Shown here: positions 16,463 through 23,186 of the stretch, piece after piece
Layout: each line of letters begins with the position of its first letter
Numbering within the stretch: the stretch's first letter is position 1
Assembly (NCBI RefSeq): GCF_004345675.1
Contig: NZ_SLWU01000018.1
Span: forward strand, 28,345-52,344
Source of the DNA: Caldanaerobacter subterraneus
GTDB lineage: Bacteria > Bacillota > Thermoanaerobacteria > Thermoanaerobacterales > Thermoanaerobacteraceae
Direction: 5' to 3'
DNA: 24,000 bases
Made by a program: the position numbers and the translations under genes
Notes under the pieces: model-generated
Told to the model about the DNA's origin: nothing
Database searches by the model: none
Seen by the model: the letters and a program-made list of their open reading frames with translations, nothing else

Positions 16463-17236
16463 ATGGACATTCCTTCATTGAGCCCATATGCTTTTAAATT
16501 CGGACCTATTGCCGTTCACTGGTATGGAATTTTTATGGCTATTTCTATTGCGGTAGGAGGATACTACCTTTATAAGCAGGCGACGAAATTGAATTACGAT
16601 GAGGATTTTTTGTTAAACCTTTTAATGATAGTTGTGATATTTGGGGTTATTGGAGCAAGACTCATGTTTGTGCTTGCCAACTATCCTGAGTGGTTTGTTA
16701 AAGACCCTGTACAGGTTTTTAAAATTTACGAAGGTGGGCTTTCATGGCATGGTGCAGTACTTGGCGGCTTTTTGGCAGGTCTTTATTATTGCCGAAAAAA
16801 GGGAGTTAGAATAAATCCTCTGGAAGATTTCGCTGTAGTTGGGCTGGCTTTGGGAAATATGCTGGTGAGAGTGGGCAACATATTTAACCATGAGGTTTTG
16901 GGAAGGCCGACAGAGTTTTTCTTCGGCAGATGGCCAGCCCAGCTCGTTGGTGTAGCTATAGGAGCTTTTCTTCTCATAAGGTATTTTTACGTGCAGAAAA
17001 AGCACATGCCTGACGGTTATCAGTTTTGGTCTTTTATCTTTTATTACCAGCTTTTAAGAGGAGTGTTTGAGGAGACTGTAAAAGACGTACCTCTTGTGTG
17101 GCCTGTATATTTAAATGAAGAATGGGGTATTGGATTGTTTACTATGACGCAGGTGGCTACTCCATTTATATTAATACTGGCTTACTGGATGATTAAAAGA
17201 GTTTTGAATGACCCTAACAGGCAGTATTACGATTGA
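16463..17236 (+). CDS. lgt: prolipoprotein diacylglyceryl transferase
   Basis: FGPIAVHWYGIFMAISI...GARLMFVL...IYEGGLSWHGAVLGG are Lgt-family motifs in a polytopic membrane protein. Start ATG 16463 follows GGAGGT at 16449-16454. Confidence 0.9.
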   Translation: MDIPSLSPYAFKFGPIAVHWYGIFMAISIAVGGYYLYKQATKLNYDEDFLLNLLMIVVIFGVIGARLMFVLANYPEWFVKDPVQVFKIYEGGLSWHGAVLGGFLAGLYYCRKKGVRINPLEDFAVVGLALGNMLVRVGNIFNHEVLGRPTEFFFGRWPAQLVGVAIGAFLLIRYFYVQKKHMPDGYQFWSFIFYYQLLRGVFEETVKDVPLVWPVYLNEEWGIGLFTMTQVATPFILILAYWMIKRVLNDPNRQYYD

Positions 17237-17303
17237 GTTTTTGTTTTTGATAGGTTTTATGGTAAAATTATATTGACAAAATTTTTACAAGGGAGTTGTA
17301 GCT

Positions 17304-17774
17304 ATGGAAAAGCAAAAGGTTTTTGAAAGGTTGATTGACGAAATTAAGGCAAAAGCAAGAGACATAACTGATATGGATACATTTTACAAGGAAGTTGTGC
17401 GAATTTTATCCGAAAATGTGCCCTATTACAATTGGACGGGTTTTTATTTCATGAAAGACGGGGAATTAGTGATAGGACCTTATATTGGCAGGCCTACAGA
17501 GCATGTTAGAATAAAAGTGGGACAGGGAGTTTGTGGAAGGGCTGTAGCTGAGAAAAGCACTATAATAGTTGATGATGTGACTAAAGAAGATAATTATTTA
17601 GCCTGCAGCCTTGAGACAAAATCTGAAATAGTAGTTCCAATTTGGGCTAATGGAGAAATAATAGGAGAAATAGACATTGACAGTGATGACTTGGCTGCTT
17701 TTGATGATAAGGATAAAATATTTTTAGAGGAAGTGGCTAAAATTATTGGTAGAAAATTAGAAGGAAAGTTTTAA
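17304..17774 (+). CDS. GAF-domain protein (free methionine-R-sulfoxide reductase / YebR-like)
   Basis: 156 aa with WTGFYF...GPYIGRPTEHVRIKVGQGVCG...ACSLETKSEIVVPI...IGEIDIDS, the single-GAF fRMsr family pattern. Confidence 0.75.
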   Translation: MEKQKVFERLIDEIKAKARDITDMDTFYKEVVRILSENVPYYNWTGFYFMKDGELVIGPYIGRPTEHVRIKVGQGVCGRAVAEKSTIIVDDVTKEDNYLACSLETKSEIVVPIWANGEIIGEIDIDSDDLAAFDDKDKIFLEEVAKIIGRKLEGKF

Positions 17775-17787
17775 AGGAGGGATTTAG

Positions 17788-18009
17788 GTGAGAGAGAGAG
17801 TAGAAGAGATATTAAACCTTATAAAACCTTCACTTCAGGCAGATGGAGGAGATGTAGAGCTTGTAGATGTCACCGAAGACGGTGTTGTAAAAGTGAAATT
17901 GACTGGAGCCTGTGGAGGTTGCCCTTTTGCTACTTTGACGCTAAAAGAGGGTATTGAAAGAGCAATTAAAGAGGAAATTCCAGAAGTAAAAGAAGTTATA
18001 GCAGTTTAA
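17788..18009 (+). CDS. NifU-like (Nfu C-terminal domain) Fe-S cluster protein
   Basis: 73 aa with IKPSLQADGGDVELV...LTGACGGCPFATLTLKEGIE, containing the CxxC motif. The GTG start lies 7 nt after AGGAGG at 17775-17780. Confidence 0.85.
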   Translation: MRERVEEILNLIKPSLQADGGDVELVDVTEDGVVKVKLTGACGGCPFATLTLKEGIERAIKEEIPEVKEVIAV

Positions 18010-18032
18010 TCCGGGTCTTCCCGGATTTTTTA
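18009..18032 (+). terminator. rho-independent terminator after the nifU-like gene
   Basis: Stem ATCCGGG/CCCGGAT with loop TCTT, then TTTTTTATTTT. Confidence 0.85.
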
Positions 18033-18093
18033 TTTTACGTAAGTTTCGGGAAAGCTAATTAGAGGAGATTATCGACAAAGAAGGGGTGAAGGT

Positions 18094-18270
18094 ATGGAAG
18101 ATAGGTTTTTGTTTGAGCTTTTGAAGTGGGAAGCAGCAAAAGAGCTAGGACTTCTGGAAAAGGTGAGGGAAGTTGGATGGCCTAATCTCTCAGCTCAAGA
18201 AACAGGCAAAATAGGAGTTTTAGTGAAGAGAAAAATTAAAGAAAAAATGAAAAAGAACAATAAGATGTGA
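18094..18270 (+). CDS. small acid-soluble spore protein, alpha/beta-type-like (58 aa; absent from the ORF track)
   Basis: Hand translation gives MEDRFLFELLKWEAAKELGLLEKVREVGWPNLSAQETGKIGVLVKRKIKEKMKKNNKM. The two SASP signature blocks K-x-E-x-A-x-E-L-G and (T/S)-x-x-E-x-G-x-(I/V)-G are recognisable. The SD GGGGTGA at 18083-18089 precedes the ATG. Confidence 0.65.
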   Translation: MEDRFLFELLKWEAAKELGLLEKVREVGWPNLSAQETGKIGVLVKRKIKEKMKKNNKM

Positions 18271-18303
18271 TATACTGATACTTGAAAGGGGGGATTGTTT
18301 TTT

Positions 18304-19047
18304 ATGGACAGCAAGAATTTGTTTAAAAAAGCGGCGGAACTTATAAAATCCTCTCAAAAGACTATGGTCTTAACAGGTGCAGGAATTTCTACGGAAAGCG
18401 GAATTCCTGATTTTAGAAGTCCTGGTACAGGCTTATGGGAAAATATGGACCCTACAGAAGTTTTGTCCACAAAAGTTTTGTTCAATTCACCTGAGGAGTT
18501 TTACAGGGTGGGCTTTAAAATTTTGTCCTCTATGAGAAATGCAGAGCCAAATGAAGCTCATTATATATTGAGTGAAATGGAGAAGGAAGGAATAATTGCG
18601 GGGGTAATTACGCAGAATATAGATAACCTTCATCAAAAGGCGGGCTCAAAAAAAGTTTACGAAGTTCATGGAAATACGAGAGAAGGAAGTTGTTTAAGAT
18701 GCGGGGAGAAGGTGAGTTTTGAACTTTTGGAAGAAAAAGTGGCAAAAGAAGAGATACCTCCCCGTTGCGACCGCTGTGGAGGAATGCTAAGACCAGATGT
18801 GGTTCTTTTTGGGGACCCAATGCCTCATGCCTTTGATTTAGCTCTGAAAGAGGTGCAGGAAAGTGATCTTTTGATAGTCATAGGTTCTTCGCTGGTCGTC
18901 GCCCCTGTGAATTTTTTACCTGGGATGGTGGACGGCTTAATAATAATAAATGCTACAGAGACCCCTTATGACTATAAAGCTGACGTGGTGATAAGGGAGA
19001 AAGCTAGCTACGCACTTAGAAATATATGGAATTTAATAAAAAGTTGA
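18304..19047 (+). CDS. cobB: NAD-dependent protein deacylase, Sir2/CobB family
   Basis: GAGISTESGIPDFRSPGTGLW, TQNIDNLH and HG motifs are present, with Zn ribbon CLRCG...CDRCGG. Start ATG 18304 follows GGGGGGA. Confidence 0.9.
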   Translation: MDSKNLFKKAAELIKSSQKTMVLTGAGISTESGIPDFRSPGTGLWENMDPTEVLSTKVLFNSPEEFYRVGFKILSSMRNAEPNEAHYILSEMEKEGIIAGVITQNIDNLHQKAGSKKVYEVHGNTREGSCLRCGEKVSFELLEEKVAKEEIPPRCDRCGGMLRPDVVLFGDPMPHAFDLALKEVQESDLLIVIGSSLVVAPVNFLPGMVDGLIIINATETPYDYKADVVIREKASYALRNIWNLIKS

Positions 19048-19055
19048 AAAAAAGT

Positions 19056-19084
19056 TTGACTTTTTGAAGTTTTGGTGTTATGAT
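19056..19084 (+). promoter_or_regulatory. candidate promoter for csp
   Basis: -35 TTGACT at 19056-19061, a 17-bp spacer, and extended -10 TGtTATGAT at 19076-19084. Confidence 0.6.
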
Positions 19085-19123
19085 AAATAGGTAAATCATT
19101 TATTAGTTTGGAGGAAGATGTAA

Positions 19124-19324
19124 ATGGTAAGAGGTAAAGTTAAATGGTTTAATGCCGAGAAAGGCTATGGTTTTATTGAGAGAGAGGATGGCACAGACGT
19201 ATTTGTGCACTACTCCGCGATTGAAGGCGAGGGCTTTAAGACGTTAGAGGAAGGACAGGCGGTAGAATTTGAGGTAGTTCAGGCGGCTAAAGGCCCACAG
19301 GCTTCTAAGGTAAGAAAGCTGTAA
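19124..19324 (+). CDS. cold-shock protein (CspA family)
   Basis: 66 aa with RNP1 KGYGFI and RNP2 VFVHY motifs. Confidence 0.95.
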   Translation: MVRGKVKWFNAEKGYGFIEREDGTDVFVHYSAIEGEGFKTLEEGQAVEFEVVQAAKGPQASKVRKL

Positions 19325-19336
19325 CTGCCGAATTTT

Positions 19337-19367
19337 AAACCCTAACATGTATATGTTAGGGTTTTTT
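19337..19367 (+). terminator. rho-independent terminator after csp
   Basis: 12-bp stem AAACCCTAACAT/ATGTTAGGGTTT with loop GTAT and a T-run. Confidence 0.9.
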
Positions 19368-19394
19368 GATATATAAAAGGTGGAGGTTTACAAA

Positions 19395-20279
19395 ATGGGT
19401 GACTATATCGTAAAAGCGACTGCTTATGAGGACAATGTGCTGGCTTTTGCAGCTCTCTCAAAAGATACAGTAAATAGGGCAAAAGAGATTCACAGTCTTA
19501 CGCCTACTGCCTGTGCAGCTTTGGGCAGAAGCCTTACAGCTGTTGCGATGATGAGGACTATGATGAAAGGAGAGAAGGATAAAGTCACTCTTGTCATAAA
19601 AGGGGATGGACCGATAGGCAGTATTGTGGTCGTATCCAATTTTCCAGGTATTGTAAAAGGATATGTGGGAAATCCTTTTGTCGATTTGCCTTTGAGTGAA
19701 AAAGGAAAGTTAGATGTGGGAAGGGCTGTTGGTAAAAAAGGTTATGTGACTGTGATAAAGGATATAGGTTTGAAAGAGCCTTACATAGGGACGGTGGAGA
19801 TCCAGACAGGAGAAATTGGAGATGACATAGCCTATTACTTTTACACTTCTGAGCAGATTCCCTCTGCTGTAGGATTAGGAGTTTTAGTGGGGAAGGAAGG
19901 GGATGTGCTGACAGCGGGAGGGTTTATACTTCAGCTCCTTCCCGATGTAAAAGAAGAGGTAATATTAAAGCTTGAAAAGGCTATTGGTCAAATTACCTCT
20001 GTAACAGACCTTTTGAGGCAGGGGAAGACTCCGGAAGATATTTTGACCTCTATTTTTGAAGAGGAAGAAGTAAAATTTTTAGAGAAAATACCGCTAAAAT
20101 ACGAGTGCGACTGTTCACAGGAAAGATTCGAGAGTGCTATTCTTGCCTTAGGGAAAGAAGAGATACAAAAACTTATTAAAGAAGAACAAGGTATTGAGAC
20201 TGTGTGCCATTTCTGCGGCAAAAAGTATTTTATAACTAGAGAAAGACTTGAGGAGCTTTTAAAAGAAGCGGAAAATTGA
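19395..20279 (+). CDS. hslO: redox-regulated chaperone Hsp33
   Basis: 294 aa. The C-terminal zinc centre CDCS...CHFCGKKY and an N-terminal Hsp33 fold sequence are present. Start ATG 19395 follows GGAGG at 19382-19386. Confidence 0.9.
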   Translation: MGDYIVKATAYEDNVLAFAALSKDTVNRAKEIHSLTPTACAALGRSLTAVAMMRTMMKGEKDKVTLVIKGDGPIGSIVVVSNFPGIVKGYVGNPFVDLPLSEKGKLDVGRAVGKKGYVTVIKDIGLKEPYIGTVEIQTGEIGDDIAYYFYTSEQIPSAVGLGVLVGKEGDVLTAGGFILQLLPDVKEEVILKLEKAIGQITSVTDLLRQGKTPEDILTSIFEEEEVKFLEKIPLKYECDCSQERFESAILALGKEEIQKLIKEEQGIETVCHFCGKKYFITRERLEELLKEAEN

Positions 20280-20301
20280 TGCTGATTTATGAAATTGGGT
20301 G

Positions 20302-20330
20302 TTGACTATTGAGAGTTTTTTATGTATACT
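20302..20330 (+). promoter_or_regulatory. promoter for the five-tRNA operon
   Basis: -35 TTGACT at 20302-20307, a 17-bp spacer, and -10 TATACT at 20325-20330. Confidence 0.65.
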
Positions 20331-20352
20331 ATTACTTGCATGGAGCAAAATT

Positions 20353-20428
20353 GGTCGTGTAGCTCAGCTGGGAGAGCACCTGCCTTACAAGCAGGGGGTC
20401 ATAGGTTCAAGTCCTATCGCGACCACCA
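20353..20428 (+). tRNA. tRNA-Val (anticodon TAC)
   Basis: Anticodon arm CCTGC-CTTACAA-GCAGG, T-loop GGTTCAAGTCC, CCA encoded. Confidence 0.92.
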
Positions 20429-20429
20429 T

Positions 20430-20506
20430 GGCCCAGTAGCTCAGCTGGTTAGAGCGCCAGCCTGTCACGCTGGAGGCCGAGGGTTCAAGTCCCTTCTGGG
20501 TCGCCA
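20430..20506 (+). tRNA. tRNA-Asp (anticodon GTC)
   Basis: Anticodon arm CCAGC-CTGTCAC-GCTGG, CCA encoded. Confidence 0.92.
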
Positions 20507-20510
20507 TCCT

Positions 20511-20586
20511 GCCCCGATAGCTCAGTAGGTAGAGCAAGGGACTGAAAATCCCTGTGTCAGTGGTTCGATTCCACTTCGGGGCACCA
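20511..20586 (+). tRNA. tRNA-Phe (anticodon GAA)
   Basis: Acceptor GCCCCGA/TCGGGGC, anticodon arm AGGGA-CTGAAAA-TCCCT, CCA encoded. Confidence 0.92.
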
Positions 20587-20591
20587 TCCAA

Positions 20592-20667
20592 GCGGGCATA
20601 GCTCAGTTGGCAGAGCATCACCTTGCCAAGGTGAGGGTCGCGAGTTCGAGTCTCGTTGCCCGCTCCA
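20592..20667 (+). tRNA. tRNA-Gly (anticodon GCC)
   Basis: Acceptor GCGGGCA/TGCCCGC, anticodon arm TCACC-TTGCCAA-GGTGA, CCA encoded. Confidence 0.92.
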
Positions 20668-20670
20668 TAA

Positions 20671-20745
20671 GGCGACATAGCCAAGCGGTAAGGCAGGGGT
20701 CTGCAAAACCCCGATTCCCCGGTTCGAATCCGGGTGTCGCCTCCA
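20671..20745 (+). tRNA. tRNA-Cys (anticodon GCA)
   Basis: Acceptor GGCGACA/TGTCGCC, anticodon arm GGGGT-CTGCAAA-ACCCC, CCA encoded. Confidence 0.92.
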
Positions 20746-20984
20746 TAAAATATAGTGGCTCTTTGTCAATAGTTGGGGTGGGTATTTTTCTGAATGCCTA
20801 CCTCTTAGTTTTTCATATATGATTTTGTTATTATAACCTTCTGTTACAGAGTTACTATAAGGAAATTGGACAAACGTGAGGCTTTTGCTTCATTTTGATG
20901 TGAAACTCTATTCTATCGTCATTTCCTATAATGTTTTCCCAAATTATATCTTCAGATTTTAAAAGATTTGTGATATAATTACTT

Positions 20985-21070
20985 TGCACTTATTCTGATG
21001 CTTCCTTTTGTTGGGTTGTTTTAACCACTTCTATTATAGCAGGCATTCAGAATAAGTGCGCTCTTTTTTT
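20985..21070 (+). ncRNA. candidate small RNA (promoter, long hairpin and T7); function unknown
   Basis: The extended -10 TGATATAAT at 20970-20978 sits 6 nt upstream. A 13-bp perfect stem pairs GCACTTATTCTGA (20985-20997) with TCAGAATAAGTGC (21046-21058), extendable by 3 bp. The apical region holds a GGTT/AACC hairpin and a CU-rich stretch, followed by GCTC and T7 (21063-21069). Confidence 0.35.
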
Positions 21071-21186
21071 GTAGGATGTTTTTCATCCACCCCAACATTT
21101 ATTATAGAACCATTTTTTAAAAAATTTTACCTGCGAAACCTTGACACGGACGTGGAAATTGTAGGAATTCAATTTTTTTAATCTTT

Positions 21187-21195
21187 ATGATATAA
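21187..21195 (+). promoter_or_regulatory. extended -10 promoter element for the thi operon leader
   Basis: TGATATAAT is identical to the 9-mer at 20970-20978. A weak -35-like TTCAAT lies at 21167-21172. It is about 35 nt upstream of the TPP aptamer. Confidence 0.55.
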
Positions 21196-21228
21196 TAAAA
21201 ATAAAGCTGTAATTGAAAAATTAAATAC

Positions 21229-21376
21229 TCAAGTGCTAGGGGAGCCAGAAATGGCTGAGAGGGGATTCGTTCCCGACCCTTAGAACTTGACCAGGGTAAT
21301 GCCTGCGAAGGGAAGCACGTTTTATTGAGTCTGTAAAAAGTGCTCACCTGAACAGGTGGGCTCATTTTATTATTTT
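21229..21376 (+). promoter_or_regulatory. TPP (THI-box) riboswitch with terminator expression platform
   Basis: The aptamer spans about 21229-21320: P1 AGTGCT...AGCACGT, then GGCTGAGAGG and ACCCTTAGAACTTGACCAGGGTAATGCCTGCGAAGGGAAGC. The terminator stem GCTCACCT/AGGTGGGC (21341-21360) is followed by a T-rich tract running into the SD. Confidence 0.9.
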
Positions 21377-21388
21377 GGAGGTGGTCAT

Positions 21389-21793
21389 ATGGAAGTTAGC
21401 TCTTACAATTGCCGGTTCTGACTCTGGGGGAGGAGCAGGAATTCAAGCAGATTTAAAGACTTTTTCAGCCCATGGAGTATACGGCATGAGTGTCATTACT
21501 TCAATAACAGCGCAAAATACCATGGGGGTTTTAGGAATTGAGGATATAAGTCCTGATATGGTGTATCTGCAAATGAGGGCAATTTTTGAGGATTTGTATC
21601 CCTGTGCAGTGAAGATAGGTATGGTGTCTAATGAAGACATAATTAAGATGATTGCAAAAGGATTAAAAGATTACAATGTAAAAAATGCTGTGCTGGACCC
21701 TGTCATGCAGGGGCTATAAAACATTCATTGGCCATAGGGCATGGAGTAGGTCCCACTAACCATTTTTGGAATATAGAAATAAGGAAGGTGTGA
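21389..21793 (+). pseudogene. thiD: thiD (HMP/HMP-P kinase) remnant: start-proximal frameshift plus large internal deletion
   Basis: The N-terminal roughly 105 codons (KLALTIAGSDSGGGAGIQADLKTF...VLDPVM) end at stop 21717-21719. The ThiD C-terminus GAIKHSLAIGHGVGPTNHF continues in a different frame (21710-21793). The total is about 400 bp, against the roughly 800 bp expected. The SD-proximal ATG 21389 is out of frame with ThiD. Confidence 0.8.
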
Positions 21794-21796
21794 GAT

Positions 21797-22438
21797 ATGG
21801 ACTTAACCCTTTATGCTATAACGGATAGGTCTTACATAAAGGATATGGATATTGCTGACGCAGTAGAACTAGCAATAAAAGGCGGTGCAACAATAATTCA
21901 ACTGAGAGAAAAAGATATATCAAGTAGGGAATTTTATGAAATTGCTCTTAAAGTTAAAGAAGTGACAAAAAGAAATAAAATTCCTCTCATTATTAACGAC
22001 AGAGTGGATATAGCTTTGGCAGTAGATGCAGATGGAGTTCACGTTGGACAGGAGGATTTGCCAGCAGATGTTGTAAGGAGAATGATAGGTCCTCATAAAA
22101 TAGTAGGGGTATCAGCGAGGACAGTGGAGGAAGCTTTAAAAGCACAAAGGGATGGAGCGGATTATTTAGGGGTAGGAGCAGTGTTTAAGACTCCTACAAA
22201 GCCGGAAGCGGAAGCCATTGGAATAGAAGGGCTGAAAAGGATAAAAGAGGCTGTTACTATTCCAGTCGTTGCAATAGGAGGTATAACGAAGGATAATGCT
22301 TATGAAGTCATGTTAAAGTCGGGAGTAGACGGGATATCTTCAGTTTCAGCTGTATTTTATGGGGATATAGAAAACAATACAAGAAAACTTTTGGAGGTTA
22401 TAGCAAAAGCGATAAACGATAGGAGGAATTTGAAATGA
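21797..22438 (+). CDS. thiE: thiamine-phosphate synthase
   Basis: 213 aa of full-length ThiE (LYAITDR...IIQLREKD...[24 protein letters not shown]...GVGAVF.T.TK...IGGI). Start ATG 21797 follows AAGGAAGGTG. Confidence 0.92.
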   Translation: MDLTLYAITDRSYIKDMDIADAVELAIKGGATIIQLREKDISSREFYEIALKVKEVTKRNKIPLIINDRVDIALAVDADGVHVGQEDLPADVVRRMIGPHKIVGVSARTVEEALKAQRDGADYLGVGAVFKTPTKPEAEAIGIEGLKRIKEAVTIPVVAIGGITKDNAYEVMLKSGVDGISSVSAVFYGDIENNTRKLLEVIAKAINDRRNLK

Positions 22439-22676
22439 AAAAAGAATCACCGGCACAGGTTGTATGCTTACCTCTGTAGTAGCGAGCTTCTGCGGAGTAT
22501 GTGAAGATTATTTTGAAACCACAATAGAAGCTTTTGTAGCTTTTGGAATAGCAGGTGAAAGAGCCGCTCAAAGCAGCAATGTCAAAGGGCCCGGCAGTTT
22601 TAAAGTGACATTTTTTGATGAGATATATAATCTCACGCCGGAGATAATAGAAAAAGATAGGAAGGTGGAAGTATGA
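22435..22676 (+). pseudogene. thiM: thiM (hydroxyethylthiazole kinase) remnant: internal deletion leaves the start codon region and the C-terminal ~75 codons
   Basis: AGGAGG at 22421-22426 with ATG 22435 gives [14 protein letters not shown]-stop. In another frame, [18 protein letters not shown]...[17 protein letters not shown] is the ThiM C-terminus (ORF track 22464-22676). About 190 codons of the N-terminal and central part are absent. Confidence 0.8.
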
Positions 22677-23158
22677 ATAAAATACATCGTATGGTTTTTA
22701 TGGCACTTATTATTGCTATAGGCACCTTGACTTCTCAATATGTATGGTTTAGTGTAGGTGTTGCCAAAGTTACACCTGTTCAACATGCTATTAATGTTAT
22801 TTCAGCAGTTTTTTTGGGCCCTTGGGGAGCGTTAGAAGTAGCTTTTATTATAGGACTATTGAGGAACATCCTTGGCGTTGGATCGCTTTTGGCATTTCCA
22901 GGAGGAATGGTTGGTGCGTTCATTGCTGGATATCTTTATAGATTTACACGTAAGTTTTATTTTGCCTCTATAGGAGAAGTTATAGGTACAGGCATTATAG
23001 GGGCTTTGCTTTCTTATCCTATAGCTAAGTATATACTGGGAAGTTCCGGTGCGGTTTTTATGTTTGTCATTCCATTTTCCCTTTCAAGTACAATAGGCTC
23101 GGTGATAGGATATGTAGTAGTATTGGTTTTAGGAAAATATAAGAAGTTTATCTCATAA
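22673..23158 (+). CDS. thiW: ThiW-type membrane protein (predicted thiazole-moiety transporter / ECF S-component)
   Basis: 161 aa and strongly hydrophobic, with [10 protein letters not shown]...LGPWGA...[21 protein letters not shown], which matches my recollection of the ThiW family. It sits in a TPP-riboswitch operon. The ATGA overlap with the preceding frame suggests translational coupling. Confidence 0.7.
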   Translation: MNKIHRMVFMALIIAIGTLTSQYVWFSVGVAKVTPVQHAINVISAVFLGPWGALEVAFIIGLLRNILGVGSLLAFPGGMVGAFIAGYLYRFTRKFYFASIGEVIGTGIIGALLSYPIAKYILGSSGAVFMFVIPFSLSSTIGSVIGYVVVLVLGKYKKFIS

Positions 23159-23186
23159 ACTTACTTTAGAAAGGCGGGTGTGAATC

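Noticed and set aside
20322-20822. Four ORFs (68-99 aa, both strands) across the tRNA operon
   Set aside because: They are fully explained by five back-to-back tRNA genes. They have no SD or start context.
20854-20988. 44-codon minus-strand ORF (VQSNYITNLLKSEDIIWENIIGNDDRIEFHIKMKQKPHVCPISL) in the tRNA-Cys / thi spacer
   Set aside because: It has a GTG start with a poorly spaced SD-like AGGAAG and no family I recognise. It could be a gene fragment from a decayed insertion, but I cannot support it as a CDS.
21117-21365. 82-aa minus-strand ORF
   Set aside because: It lies antisense to the TPP riboswitch aptamer and its terminator. There is no translation signal, and the riboswitch explains the sequence conservation.
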